Below are positions 19,142 through 28,624 of a stretch of 64,000 bases of DNA, in pieces. Numbering within the stretch: position 1 is the stretch's first letter; every line of letters begins with the position of its first letter. The notes below the pieces were generated by a model. That model was not told the origin of the DNA, did not search any database, and saw only the letters and a program-made list of their open reading frames with translations. Source of the DNA: Methanobacteriota archaeon (lineage in GTDB: Archaea; Thermoplasmatota; Thermoplasmata; SG8-5; DAIRED01); the NCBI GenBank assembly GCA_043799545.1, contig JAZDNO010000023.1, positions 1 through 64,000 of the forward strand, given 5' to 3'. The translations under genes and the position numbers were made by a program.

Positions 19142-19879
19142 ATGAAGAAGAGTAAAAGTGTGAAACGGGGCGCAGGTGAGGCCAGGAATAAATCATCGGG
19201 TGAGATCACAACCCCAACCATGGTCGACGATTCTGAGTCGTCCATCGACATATACAAGTTGAGGTCTTTGTACGAAGATTTTGAGGACGAGGAGTTGATA
19301 ATTTACCAATCCGTATACGGGAGGAAAATCTACAACAGTTTCAAGTTGTACGACAAGACCGGTGGCGGTGCGGTTCAGATGAACGGGCACAGCCAATGCA
19401 TCGCAGACACAGACAAGCACATAGGCGATTACTACTATTTGCTGGCTGCCCGTTGGGTCCGTGTAAGCGATTCCACGATTCATTTCATTTCGGAGGCCAA
19501 ATGGGCTCCGCGAAGCGGCCCAACGGTTCCGACGATTGGTTTAGGGTTGGCAAGCAGCTTCAGCGCCGGCGGCAAGTACGCGCTTTTTAAGAACGGGGCA
19601 ACACGTGGAACGGTCAAATGCGTCACCAAAAAAAGTTGGCTGGAGACATCGTCAGACAACATCCCCTGCGACATAGGCATTAACCACAAGTACGAGATCA
19701 AGTTGAGGGCTGGGCACGTGTATTTCTACATCGATCACATCGAGGTCGCCCACCACACGACAAACATTCCAGACTCAACGGAATCCTTGCAGGCGCATGC
19801 GGCGATAACAACAAACGACAACGTCGCATCCGCAATGACCTTGGAGTACATTTTCGTGATATTGGGCGAGAAATTCTAG
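19142..19879 (+). CDS. Hypothetical protein, C-terminal ConA/LamG-like beta-sandwich, no signal peptide
   Basis: AT-richer than its neighbours, with an AT-rich upstream promoter. C-terminal NHKYEIKL...VYFYIDHIEVAHHTTNIP resembles the end of a ConA-like fold. Confidence 0.6.
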   Translation: MKKSKSVKRGAGEARNKSSGEITTPTMVDDSESSIDIYKLRSLYEDFEDEELIIYQSVYGRKIYNSFKLYDKTGGGAVQMNGHSQCIADTDKHIGDYYYLLAARWVRVSDSTIHFISEAKWAPRSGPTVPTIGLGLASSFSAGGKYALFKNGATRGTVKCVTKKSWLETSSDNIPCDIGINHKYEIKLRAGHVYFYIDHIEVAHHTTNIPDSTESLQAHAAITTNDNVASAMTLEYIFVILGEKF

Positions 19880-19968
19880 CGGTCACCTTGATTGCACATC
19901 CACCCGACGGTTTGGTTCCCGTCCATCCGCTCCCAAAGTTTTATCCGGTGGCGAGGGGATTGGGATTC

Positions 19969-20523
19969 GTGAGGCAATCTGTCCGTGCTCTCGTCGCGGT
20001 GGCGTTCGCCGCCACTTTACTATCCGCTTGCGTGAATGCCAGCGCCGCTTCCATTACCCCCACCGTGTCTCCGACGCGTGGGAGCATCAGCGCTGAGTAC
20101 GCCTTCGTAGTCAGGTACTCGGGGCAGCTGGCCGTCTCCAGCGCCACGGTCTACATCAACGGCGAGGCCCGCGCCATGGGTGAGGTAGACCCCGCGGACC
20201 AGAACGTCACGAACGGCAAGGACTACTCCCTTGTCACGAAGCTGCCCGAGGGCGCGAACGTTTACTATTTCCTGGTCGTCGACGCCAACGGGACAGAGTA
20301 CCGCAGCGCGGCCGGAACTGTGGTCGTGGACCCGCTCCTGGAATTCGGGCACTTCGACGTCGCGCTCGCGGTGCTGCTGTTCATGCTCCCTCTCGCATAC
20401 GCCATGCTCCTGATGAGGCGGGCCACGAAGGCGCTGGAGAAGGTGGCGAAAAGGCTGGAACCGAAGGATGAAAAACCCGAAGCTGGCATCAAGGAGCCAG
20501 AGGCTCCTCTGAATCGTGGCTGA
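19969..20523 (+). CDS. Small membrane-anchored surface protein (signal peptide, one Ig-like domain, C-terminal TM helix)
   Basis: GTG 19969 start gives MRQSVRALVAVAFAATLLSACVNASA; then a beta-rich domain and the TM segment VALAVLLFMLPLAYAMLL followed by RR. Confidence 0.7.
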   Translation: MRQSVRALVAVAFAATLLSACVNASAASITPTVSPTRGSISAEYAFVVRYSGQLAVSSATVYINGEARAMGEVDPADQNVTNGKDYSLVTKLPEGANVYYFLVVDANGTEYRSAAGTVVVDPLLEFGHFDVALAVLLFMLPLAYAMLLMRRATKALEKVAKRLEPKDEKPEAGIKEPEAPLNRG

Positions 20524-21598
20524 GCGCGGAGCCGCACGAAGCGCAGGCCAGGTCTTCGGGCACGCACCCGGCATGGTACGTCCGCCCGCACTCGCATTCG
20601 GCGAACTTCTGCGTTTTTACCAATTTGCTGCAGGCCGCGCAGCGCCTCCTCCTCCCCATCGGGAGCTCGTTGCCGACGCCGAGCACCTTGAACATTATCC
20701 CCCAGAACAGGAGTATCCAGGCCATGAAGATGAATATGCCCGCGTTGTTGTGGGTCCACGTCAGCGCCTCGGGCCCGTAGTTGACGCCGACGAGGACGAT
20801 TAGCGCCATCCTGATGACGTTGGCGTACCACGCCATCACCACTCCCACAAGGAGGAGGACTCCCACGCGCGCGTCGAACTTCTTGTATTCTATGGCGACG
20901 AATGCTGCGAAGGCGGAGATGAAAATCGTCACCGAATAAAGCCCGGTGCAGGAGAGCCCGATGGAAACGGCCTGCTGGAATCCGTCCGTGCCGATGTAGT
21001 TGATTATGTTGTGCCGGTTCGGGTCGAGCCAGTTGTCCACGCCGAAGATGGAGAGCAGCCCCGAGGTCGGGCGCGTGAGCAGCCATTCGGTCCATGGAGT
21101 ATCGGTGTTCGCTTCGGTGAGGGCTCCGTATTTCAAACTGTATATCGTCGTCGGGACGACCAGAATCGCGAAGAGGAATGCGAAGAACAGGAATGCGAAA
21201 TCTCGCTCGGCCGCGTATTTCGATGGGACGTAGTTGTATGCCAGCAGTATCGCGCCCAGGAGCAGGGCGACGTAGTCGTTGCTGCCGAGCTGGATGGCGC
21301 CCGCGGTCGCCAGGTTGTACGCGACGACGAGGATTATCGCCGCCACTCCGCCCACGGGCATCAGGTCGGCGAGCCTGCCGTTCAGGGTGACGGCGTGGAT
21401 GAGCCTTCCCGCCAGGTTGTCAGATGGTTTTTTCTCCTCCCGCTCGGAACCCCTGTAGCCCCACGAGAGGATCGCCAGCCCTATGGCGAAGAGCGTGGCG
21501 CCGAAGAGCCTGTTCAGGTGGCTCAGCAGAATCATCACGTCGAGCCCGGCGAAGAGGAAGACGAGCCCGACTAGCAGCTTCATGCGCCCGCCGCGCAT
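20489..21598 (-). CDS. artC: Archaeosortase (exosortase family, ArtC/PEF-CTERM type) with a C-terminal Cys/His zinc finger
   Basis: Polytopic membrane protein with catalytic motifs IGLSCTG (Cys), ANVIRM (Arg) and WTHNN (His). C-terminal CAAC...CECGRTYHAGC...CASC. GGAGG SD before ATG 21598. Confidence 0.85.
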   Translation of the reverse strand: MRGGRMKLLVGLVFLFAGLDVMILLSHLNRLFGATLFAIGLAILSWGYRGSEREEKKPSDNLAGRLIHAVTLNGRLADLMPVGGVAAIILVVAYNLATAGAIQLGSNDYVALLLGAILLAYNYVPSKYAAERDFAFLFFAFLFAILVVPTTIYSLKYGALTEANTDTPWTEWLLTRPTSGLLSIFGVDNWLDPNRHNIINYIGTDGFQQAVSIGLSCTGLYSVTIFISAFAAFVAIEYKKFDARVGVLLLVGVVMAWYANVIRMALIVLVGVNYGPEALTWTHNNAGIFIFMAWILLFWGIMFKVLGVGNELPMGRRRRCAACSKLVKTQKFAECECGRTYHAGCVPEDLACASCGSALSHDSEEPLAP

Positions 21599-22498
21599 CT
21601 AAGCCTCCCGCATCAGCTCCTTCAGGCCGCTCTCCAGGGTCGTGCGCGGCTCGTATCCCAGCAGGCGCCTCGCCTTTTCTATGCTAGGGTAGCTGTGCTT
21701 GATGTCGCCATCTCTGGAAGCTCCATGCTCTATCCTGACGTCCTTGCCGGAGAGCTTCGCCACGGTCTCCGCCAGCTTGTTGACCGTGGTGTGCGCGCCC
21801 GTACCGCAGTTGAAGACCTGGCCCACCGCACCCTTCTTGCTGGCCGCCAGCTCTATGAAGTGCACGACATCGGCCGCGCTCACGAAATCGCGCGTCTGCT
21901 TGCCGTCCCCGTGGACAACGAGCGACTTCCCGGCTTTGGCAGACTGGATGAACTTCGATATGACTCCAGTGTACGGGTTCCTCGGGTCCTGGCGTGCGCT
22001 GTAGATGTTGAACGGCCTGACGATTGTCGCTGGCAGGTCCAGGTGCTCGTGGAAGTGCATGGCGTACCACTCGCCGCCGAGCTTGCTCCAGCCGTACGGG
22101 CTGATGGGGGTGAGGGGGTGCGCCTCGTCTATTGGGAGCTTGACCGGGTTGCCGTAGACGGCCGCGGAGCTGACGTAGACGAAGCGCTTGACCCCCGATT
22201 CCAGGGAGGCGCCCAGCAGCTTGCTCGTTCCCAGCACGTTGTTCTCCGTGTAGCGGTCGGGGTGCCTGATGGACTCCTCGACGCTGATGAAGGCGGCGCA
22301 GTGGACGACGACGTCGACGTCCTTGAGGAGATGGAGCATGAGCTGCTGGTTCTTGATGTCCCCCTCGACGGTGACGTCCGCGACGCGCGGGTACCTCGGC
22401 TTGTGCAGGTCGACGCCGACGACCTCTCCGCGCCTGGCGTAGTGGTCGACGAGATACGAGCCGAGCTGGCCGGCCGCGCCTGTGACGAGGAGCTTCAT
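21599..22498 (-). CDS. NAD-dependent nucleotide-sugar epimerase/dehydratase (extended SDR)
   Basis: TGAAGQLG, SSAAVYG, YGWSK, RPFNIYS and GKQTRDFV motifs. Start MKLLVTG at 22498. Confidence 0.93.
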   Translation of the reverse strand: MKLLVTGAAGQLGSYLVDHYARRGEVVGVDLHKPRYPRVADVTVEGDIKNQQLMLHLLKDVDVVVHCAAFISVEESIRHPDRYTENNVLGTSKLLGASLESGVKRFVYVSSAAVYGNPVKLPIDEAHPLTPISPYGWSKLGGEWYAMHFHEHLDLPATIVRPFNIYSARQDPRNPYTGVISKFIQSAKAGKSLVVHGDGKQTRDFVSAADVVHFIELAASKKGAVGQVFNCGTGAHTTVNKLAETVAKLSGKDVRIEHGASRDGDIKHSYPSIEKARRLLGYEPRTTLESGLKELMREA

Positions 22499-22541
22499 GG
22501 GAATAAGATAGCGAATCGTCAATATTAAGGCTTTTGGAATC

Positions 22542-23339
22542 TCAAGCCGATTCGATATTCCCGGCCAAGTGATTCCCTGTTCCGCTGTCCTTGATATGCT
22601 TGAAATTTCCGCAAAGTGCGTTAGAGGCAACCGTGTTGTATCGGACTCCCGCACTGGTCAAGTTGATGCCGACCGCGCCCACGCTGCTGTGGTTCGAGAT
22701 TACATTGTTTTTAATGACATGGTACTGGTTGTAAACGTTGCTCGCGCCGCATAAATAAACTCCGTACTTGCCCTTTAGCAGAAGATTGTCCCTTATCACG
22801 TTGCCCTGCGCGGTCTCGTCTCCTGAAAGATATATGTTGTGTCCGGAGGTAATCATCCTGTTGTTGTCCACCAGATTGTACGAGGAGCCCTGGCCCAGCA
22901 CTATCCCGAACACCTTCTCTCCCAGTATGACGTTGTCGTGGAAGCGGCAGTGATTGATTGTCACGTTGGAGTGGATGCCATAGCACGCCTTAGTCAAGTC
23001 TATGGTGAAGCCGGATATCTCGACTGCGTCGGACTTCACGTCGAACACCATGTCGCCGCTGGTGTTGGTCATCTTGCAGAAGGCGGCTCCCATCCCGATG
23101 ATGTGGACCCCATCGACATCGACGAGCACGGCCTCTTCGTAGTCGCCCTTCCTCACGAAGACGTAATCGTTCGCGTTCGGCGAGCACAGCGCGAGCGCAG
23201 CGCCGATGGTCTCCTTGGCGGTGGCCCAGGACGTCCCGGATTTTCCGTCGCTGCCCGAGACCCCGTCCACGAAATATGCCATTCCCAGGCGCTTCTCGTA
23301 CGGCAGCAGCTTCCCTCCGAAATGCGAAACGATGTCCAT
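22542..23339 (-). CDS. Right-handed parallel beta-helix (pectin-lyase-like) protein, no signal peptide
   Basis: FVDGVSGSDGKSG...TIGAAL...VFVRKGDYEE start followed by (Y)GI...N.I..N repeats. Strong SD AGGAGG. Confidence 0.8.
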   Translation of the reverse strand: MDIVSHFGGKLLPYEKRLGMAYFVDGVSGSDGKSGTSWATAKETIGAALALCSPNANDYVFVRKGDYEEAVLVDVDGVHIIGMGAAFCKMTNTSGDMVFDVKSDAVEISGFTIDLTKACYGIHSNVTINHCRFHDNVILGEKVFGIVLGQGSSYNLVDNNRMITSGHNIYLSGDETAQGNVIRDNLLLKGKYGVYLCGASNVYNQYHVIKNNVISNHSSVGAVGINLTSAGVRYNTVASNALCGNFKHIKDSGTGNHLAGNIESA

Positions 23340-23477
23340 CTCCCTTTCCTCCTTGCTAGACGCATGGCATGCTCCGATGATATATTAGCTTTGCTTCCGG
23401 AAGGTCATCCGCGTAGTTTGGCTAGGCGCTTCTCCGGCAACCGTCCAGTCATCAAAGTCAAAATATGCGCCAATAAG

Positions 23478-23490
23478 AAACCTATAAATA
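23478..23490 (+). promoter_or_regulatory. BRE-TATA promoter of the surface-protein array
   Basis: aaacctataaata about 55 nt upstream of ATG 23544. Confidence 0.5.
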
Positions 23491-23543
23491 GCCATGGAAT
23501 CATTTTGTCTATTAGAGATTGAGCGGTTCGGCGGAGCATCCAA

Positions 23544-25397
23544 ATGGCGATGAAGAGTTTGGCGTTATTGGTCGGTATAGCAATCGCAGTGAGTTCATTA
23601 GGGTTGACGACATATGCTCGGACGTCGGAGACGAAACCGATGCATTGGCTAGCTCCTTATGGTTACGAAGGGATGATTTACTGGCCGGACGGCACAACAT
23701 TATTAGACGATGAAACGTCAGCGAATTTCAATATGATGATTTGTATTGACGACGATAACGACGGGATTGTATGGAATCCTGGTACAGGACTGCCAGAGGA
23801 TGAGCGGTACTACGTCTGGAGCGACGCTGGGATGAACGGATTTTGTGCAATCGATGATTCTAATATCCCTGGTGCAGCGTACTACGCCGAGTCATTTTGT
23901 GTCGGATTACCGGGAGGAGTTGGGTTAACCTTCAGAGTGTGGGTGAACGGCTCGAAGTTCACCTCAGTCGATTCGCAGGACGGATATTGCGGCAAGATGG
24001 GGGCGACGCCACAGGCGGACGGCACGTACTCGGTAGCGGACTCGACGTTTACGTTCCTACCCGGCGCTTCCATGTGGCACGACATGCAGATACCCGGACC
24101 ACCATTGAGTGACATTATTCCACCAATAGTGATTTCAACATATCCCCCGCAAGGAACTGATGTTATGGATCCGTATGTGATCATAAGAATCGATTTCAAT
24201 GAGGCAATCAATATCACCTCAGTCCTGTATGCAATAGAGCCAGAGCCAGACGACATAAGCGCGAGTTGGAGCAACAGCAATAAGACAATGTGGATAAACC
24301 ATTCGATATTTGATGGCGGGATATTTTACTGGGCGAACATCACTCAAGCCAAGGACAAGGCTGGCAATCCTTTGAATCCTACGCCTTATTCCTTGTTTTT
24401 CGCAGTGTTAGCGTATCCAAATTCCTGGTCATCACCGTTCGGGATGGAGGGATACGTTTATCTTCCGAATGGGACAACATTGCTACTGGGTGAAACCGCG
24501 TCGAATTTTGAAATGATATTTTGCGTCGATGCTGATAACGATGGACAGTATTATAATCCCAAGACCGGGGAGGGTGACGTTATTCACTGCTACAGCGATG
24601 AGGGAATCAATGGCTATCAGCCCTTGGATGATACATACATCGACACCAGCTTTTGGCAATATACGATGCAACCTGGATACCCAGGTGGATATAACAATAA
24701 ATATAAAATTTGGATAAATGGCTCAAAGCTGATTACCACAAACTCCCAGGACGGATGGTGCGGCAAGCCGGGGTCGATACCCTTGGCTGACGGAACATAT
24801 TCCCCAACGGACCAGATATTCACGTTCCCGCCCACGGGGGGTAGTGTATGGCAGAACTCTAAGATTCCCGGGCCACCGCAGCCAACATTCAAAGTTCCCG
24901 TCGTCGCCGGCTGGAACCTCATTTCGGTGCCACTAATCCCGTTGGTCACTGCGCTGCCAACCCCCCTAATGGACAACGACGGAGACACGCAATGGACAAG
25001 GGCTATGTGGTACGACCCGTGGGACACAGCCGACCATTGGAAACAATACAACAGCGTTTGGAACCCAGCCCTCAACGACCTTGAAGGTGTCGATGGTAAT
25101 ATTGGAGTCTGGCTGTATGTCACAACAGTCGGCGACGCTTACATCAACGTAACCGGGAGCGAGCCCACAAGCACGGCAATCCAGCTAAAAGCAGGCTGGA
25201 ATCAGGTAGGTTACCCATCCATCGCGCCGAGGACAGTTTCCGACACCTTCTGGGGAACTGGTGCAGACATAGTGGAGGTTTTCGATCCGATACAACCATA
25301 CATGACCAAAACCGTCTCCGCCTCCTATGTGATGGTCCCTGGAAAAGGGTACTGGGTGCATGTGAATACTGATACGGTCTGGGCGGTGACCTGGTAA
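23544..25397 (+). CDS. Secreted modular surface protein: two copies of domain X, an Ig-like (Big_5-like) domain and a C-terminal duplicated GWN domain
   Basis: Signal peptide; two ~145-aa PxGxEG...ICxDxDxDG...SDxGMNG...WVNGSK...SQDGYCG...IPGP units; C-terminal AGWNL...AGWNQVGYP...GKGYWVHV. Confidence 0.85.
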   Translation: MAMKSLALLVGIAIAVSSLGLTTYARTSETKPMHWLAPYGYEGMIYWPDGTTLLDDETSANFNMMICIDDDNDGIVWNPGTGLPEDERYYVWSDAGMNGFCAIDDSNIPGAAYYAESFCVGLPGGVGLTFRVWVNGSKFTSVDSQDGYCGKMGATPQADGTYSVADSTFTFLPGASMWHDMQIPGPPLSDIIPPIVISTYPPQGTDVMDPYVIIRIDFNEAINITSVLYAIEPEPDDISASWSNSNKTMWINHSIFDGGIFYWANITQAKDKAGNPLNPTPYSLFFAVLAYPNSWSSPFGMEGYVYLPNGTTLLLGETASNFEMIFCVDADNDGQYYNPKTGEGDVIHCYSDEGINGYQPLDDTYIDTSFWQYTMQPGYPGGYNNKYKIWINGSKLITTNSQDGWCGKPGSIPLADGTYSPTDQIFTFPPTGGSVWQNSKIPGPPQPTFKVPVVAGWNLISVPLIPLVTALPTPLMDNDGDTQWTRAMWYDPWDTADHWKQYNSVWNPALNDLEGVDGNIGVWLYVTTVGDAYINVTGSEPTSTAIQLKAGWNQVGYPSIAPRTVSDTFWGTGADIVEVFDPIQPYMTKTVSASYVMVPGKGYWVHVNTDTVWAVTW

Positions 25398-27175
25398 TGA
25401 ATGGCCTGGCGTTGTTGGTCGGCATGGCAATCGCGGCGAGTTGTATTGGAATAACCACATCGGCCACCACATCTGATATTGAATTAAAAGGATGGCCTGA
25501 GGAAGGCCAGTGGTTCCTTGAGGGAATGATTTACTGGACGGACGGTTCAACAATCCTGGATGCAGAAACTCAAGCGAATTTTAATATGATAATTTGCATT
25601 GACTATGATGGCGATGGCCTGTTTTGGAACCCAGGCACCGGATTACCTGTAGACGAGGCTGACTACTGTTTCAGTGACGCGAATATGAATGGCTACGGGG
25701 CGATAGACGACTCGAACATCCCGATGTGGGGATATTGGAGCCACACAATCCAAGTCGGACAGCCTGGTGGCGAGGGTAACATGTTCAAGGTCTGGGTGAA
25801 CGGCTCTAAGTTCACAACAATTGCATCGCAGGATGGATACTGCGGCAAGATGGGGGCGACGCCTCAGGCGGACGGCACGTATTCTGCGATAGACTCAACA
25901 TTTATTCTCGGACCAGATGGCATGCAGCTGTGGCACGACATGCAGATTCCCGGGCCCGCCGCAACGAAGACCTACGGCCCTGCCGCGCCGACCAACGTGC
26001 GAACGTGGCTCGTCGGCTCGCAAGCCCTGGCGACAGACGTCAACGTTTCGTGGAACGCCGTGGCTGGCGCGACCGGTTACAACATCTACCGCGGGACCGC
26101 GCCCTACTCGATTGACTTCGCAGCCCCGCTCAACGGGGGTGTGCCAATCGTGGCGCTTCAGTATGTCGACGCGGGAGCCATTGCAGGCGCTCCGCAGTAC
26201 TACTACTCTGTCAGGTCAGTCGCCGGGGGCGTCGAGAGCGCCACCAGCGAGACAGTTGGCAAGTACACGATGAGCCTGCTGGCCGGCTACAACGCCTTCG
26301 GCTGCCCGCTCGCCCTCTTCCCGGAGAGGGTGGACTACCAGGGCCACCTGCTCTGCGACTGGCGCCTGATAAGGGCCACGAGCGCGGACAGGATTCCGAA
26401 CGCAACGACCATCTTCACCTATACCTACGCCACCCAATCATGGAAGGGCAGGGCGGCGACAACCCCCGATGCGATACCGCACACGGTAATCAACCCGCAT
26501 GATGACGGGCTCCTGATGTATATGTCGCAGGCTGACAGCTACACCTGGGTCGGGTGGCCGGCGGAGCAGATAAGGACCGCCAACTTCTCCGGGGCGACGC
26601 CGCTGTCAGCGCCTGGCAACTTCCATGTAGAGTGGTCCGGAGCAGACATCCGGTTGACTTGGGATGCAGTCGTCGGCGCCAACCGCTACGAAGTCTACAC
26701 CGCGACCAGCAGGTCTCTGATGAATTACAACTTCGCATCCCCTGCGTACAGCGGAACCAATCTGTTCTGGGTGGACGCAGGAGCCAATACGACGGTCGGA
26801 CAGAAGTATTACATCGTGGTGGCCGTCGACGGCGATGGCGACAAGGGTGACAGCTCTTACGCAGCGGGGAAATGCACGAGGAGTCTGGGGGCCGGGTACA
26901 ACGCGATAACCACGCCGTTCGAGTCTTTCAGGGGCCACACGGATACTCAAGGCCACCAGCTTTGCGACTGGACGCTTATCGACGGCGGCTCGCCGTTCAG
27001 CTACAGGCGCATCCCGAACGCGACAGTGGCATTCACCTTCGATGTTTCGGGGCAGCGATGGGTGGGAAGGTCGTCGTCGACGCCGGAATTCGTAAGCCAT
27101 CGGATATTGGAAGTGCAGGGCATGGGAATGATGGTTTACATGGGAGCCGCAGGCACGTATACCTGGGTCGGTTGA
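25397..27175 (+). CDS. Secreted modular surface protein: domain X plus two FN3/GYN-domain units
   Basis: Start overlaps the previous stop (TAATG). Signal peptide, domain X, then APTNV...SWNAVAGATGYNIYRG FN3-like units each followed by an AGYN(A) beta domain. Confidence 0.85.
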   Translation: MNGLALLVGMAIAASCIGITTSATTSDIELKGWPEEGQWFLEGMIYWTDGSTILDAETQANFNMIICIDYDGDGLFWNPGTGLPVDEADYCFSDANMNGYGAIDDSNIPMWGYWSHTIQVGQPGGEGNMFKVWVNGSKFTTIASQDGYCGKMGATPQADGTYSAIDSTFILGPDGMQLWHDMQIPGPAATKTYGPAAPTNVRTWLVGSQALATDVNVSWNAVAGATGYNIYRGTAPYSIDFAAPLNGGVPIVALQYVDAGAIAGAPQYYYSVRSVAGGVESATSETVGKYTMSLLAGYNAFGCPLALFPERVDYQGHLLCDWRLIRATSADRIPNATTIFTYTYATQSWKGRAATTPDAIPHTVINPHDDGLLMYMSQADSYTWVGWPAEQIRTANFSGATPLSAPGNFHVEWSGADIRLTWDAVVGANRYEVYTATSRSLMNYNFASPAYSGTNLFWVDAGANTTVGQKYYIVVAVDGDGDKGDSSYAAGKCTRSLGAGYNAITTPFESFRGHTDTQGHQLCDWTLIDGGSPFSYRRIPNATVAFTFDVSGQRWVGRSSSTPEFVSHRILEVQGMGMMVYMGAAGTYTWVG

Positions 27176-27184
27176 GAGGGAACG

Positions 27185-28576
27185 ATGCAAGCCAAAGGAA
27201 ATCGAAAGGCACCCGCAATCGTCCTAGCGGGAATGCTGCTGTCGGGCGCGTTCTGCATGCTGGCATACGCGCAACCGTCAGGGACAAACTCAACACTAGT
27301 GGTCACCAATCCTTTTCTTTTGGAAGGCTATGTGTATCATTGGAATGGCACGCTGCTGACGGGCGTGAGTTCATCATTATTCATGATGATGATATGCGTG
27401 GACGAGGACGAAGACAATCTGTATTGGCCAGAGGATTCAACTGATTATAACCACGTTTACAGCGATGAGGGCATGAACGGGCTTCCCCCGATCGACGACA
27501 GCTACATCGAGTCGAACGGTTTCTATACGATAACCCTGCCAACAGGTGGTCCAGGCGGATATGTAAAAAACTTCAAAATCTGGGTGAACGGGTCGGCATT
27601 TCCAGATTATGTATCGCAAGACGGCTACTGCACAACTCCGGGGGTTATCCCCCAACCGGATGGCAGATATCTCCCGGCGCAGCAGATATTCACATTCCCA
27701 GCAAGCGGAGCCTCGTTTTCTCTAGATATCCAGGTTCCAGTGGGTTGGTTTCATTATCCCTCCACGGCCACCGGGCCAGTAGGTTCGTCTGCGTCCGCCA
27801 ATTTGGTAATCACATACGAACCGGATTGCGGATGCTTCGGAGACACTTTACTATATTATTCTAATGACAAGAATAGCACTTGGTATTACATCGGAACGGA
27901 AGATGATATGGTTAATGAGGACGGTCTGTTCGCGTGGACCGCTCCCGACAGCGGCGAATACTGGTGGTACGCTGGAAACGGTTACGGCGCAATAGCAGAC
28001 GACCCTCCGGGACCTGGAACGCCCGCCGAGGCTGGCCCTTACGTCATAACCCTCCCGCCGCCATCATTCAATATTCCCGTTATCGCTGGATGGAACCTGG
28101 TCTCGACGCCCCTCGTGCCGGGGAACGCGACGATGCCGGACCCGCTTCTTGACTACGATGGAGATACACAATGGACGCGAGCCCTATGGTACGACCCTTG
28201 GGACTCGGCAGACCACTGGAAGCAGTATAATGTCGCGTGGAACTCATCGATGAACGACCTGAAGAGCGTCGACAACAAGATGTGCATCTGGCTGTACGTC
28301 ACGACGGTCGGGAACGGTTACATCAAAGTCACCGGAAGCCAGCCCAGCAGCACGGGAATCCCGCTGAAGGCCGGCTGGAACCTAGTGGGCTACCCATCCA
28401 TCACGCCGAGGACCGCTTCCGACACCTTCTGGGGGACAGGCGCGGACATCGTGGAGGTCTTCGACCCGGCGCAGCCGTACATGACCAAGGCCGTCGGCCC
28501 GACCTACCTGATGACCCCCGGAAAAGGGTACTGGGTCCACGTGAATGCCGACACCGTTTGGACGGTCGATTGGTGA
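27185..28576 (+). CDS. Secreted modular surface protein: domain X, a small beta domain and a C-terminal GWN domain
   Basis: Signal peptide, divergent domain X, and a C-terminal ~165 aa closely similar to that of 23544-25397. Confidence 0.85.
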   Translation: MQAKGNRKAPAIVLAGMLLSGAFCMLAYAQPSGTNSTLVVTNPFLLEGYVYHWNGTLLTGVSSSLFMMMICVDEDEDNLYWPEDSTDYNHVYSDEGMNGLPPIDDSYIESNGFYTITLPTGGPGGYVKNFKIWVNGSAFPDYVSQDGYCTTPGVIPQPDGRYLPAQQIFTFPASGASFSLDIQVPVGWFHYPSTATGPVGSSASANLVITYEPDCGCFGDTLLYYSNDKNSTWYYIGTEDDMVNEDGLFAWTAPDSGEYWWYAGNGYGAIADDPPGPGTPAEAGPYVITLPPPSFNIPVIAGWNLVSTPLVPGNATMPDPLLDYDGDTQWTRALWYDPWDSADHWKQYNVAWNSSMNDLKSVDNKMCIWLYVTTVGNGYIKVTGSQPSSTGIPLKAGWNLVGYPSITPRTASDTFWGTGADIVEVFDPAQPYMTKAVGPTYLMTPGKGYWVHVNADTVWTVDW

Positions 28577-28624
28577 CGGCGCAACCTTTTCCTACCGCAA
28601 CGCCATTCCCCTCGCGGTCTTCCC

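Noticed and set aside
20330-20420. DPLLEFG before the TM helix of 19969-20523 as an archaeosortase signal
   Set aside because: It does not match the P-E-F tripeptide and a long tail follows the helix; adjacency to artC alone is not enough.
7498-22528. Many long alternative-frame and antisense ORFs (for example 7498-8169, 9741-10730, 10564-11589, 11874-13046, 14199-15212, 21695-22528)
   Set aside because: They overlap well-supported genes, have Arg/Gly/Ala-rich composition without motifs, and are expected shadows of high-GC codon usage.
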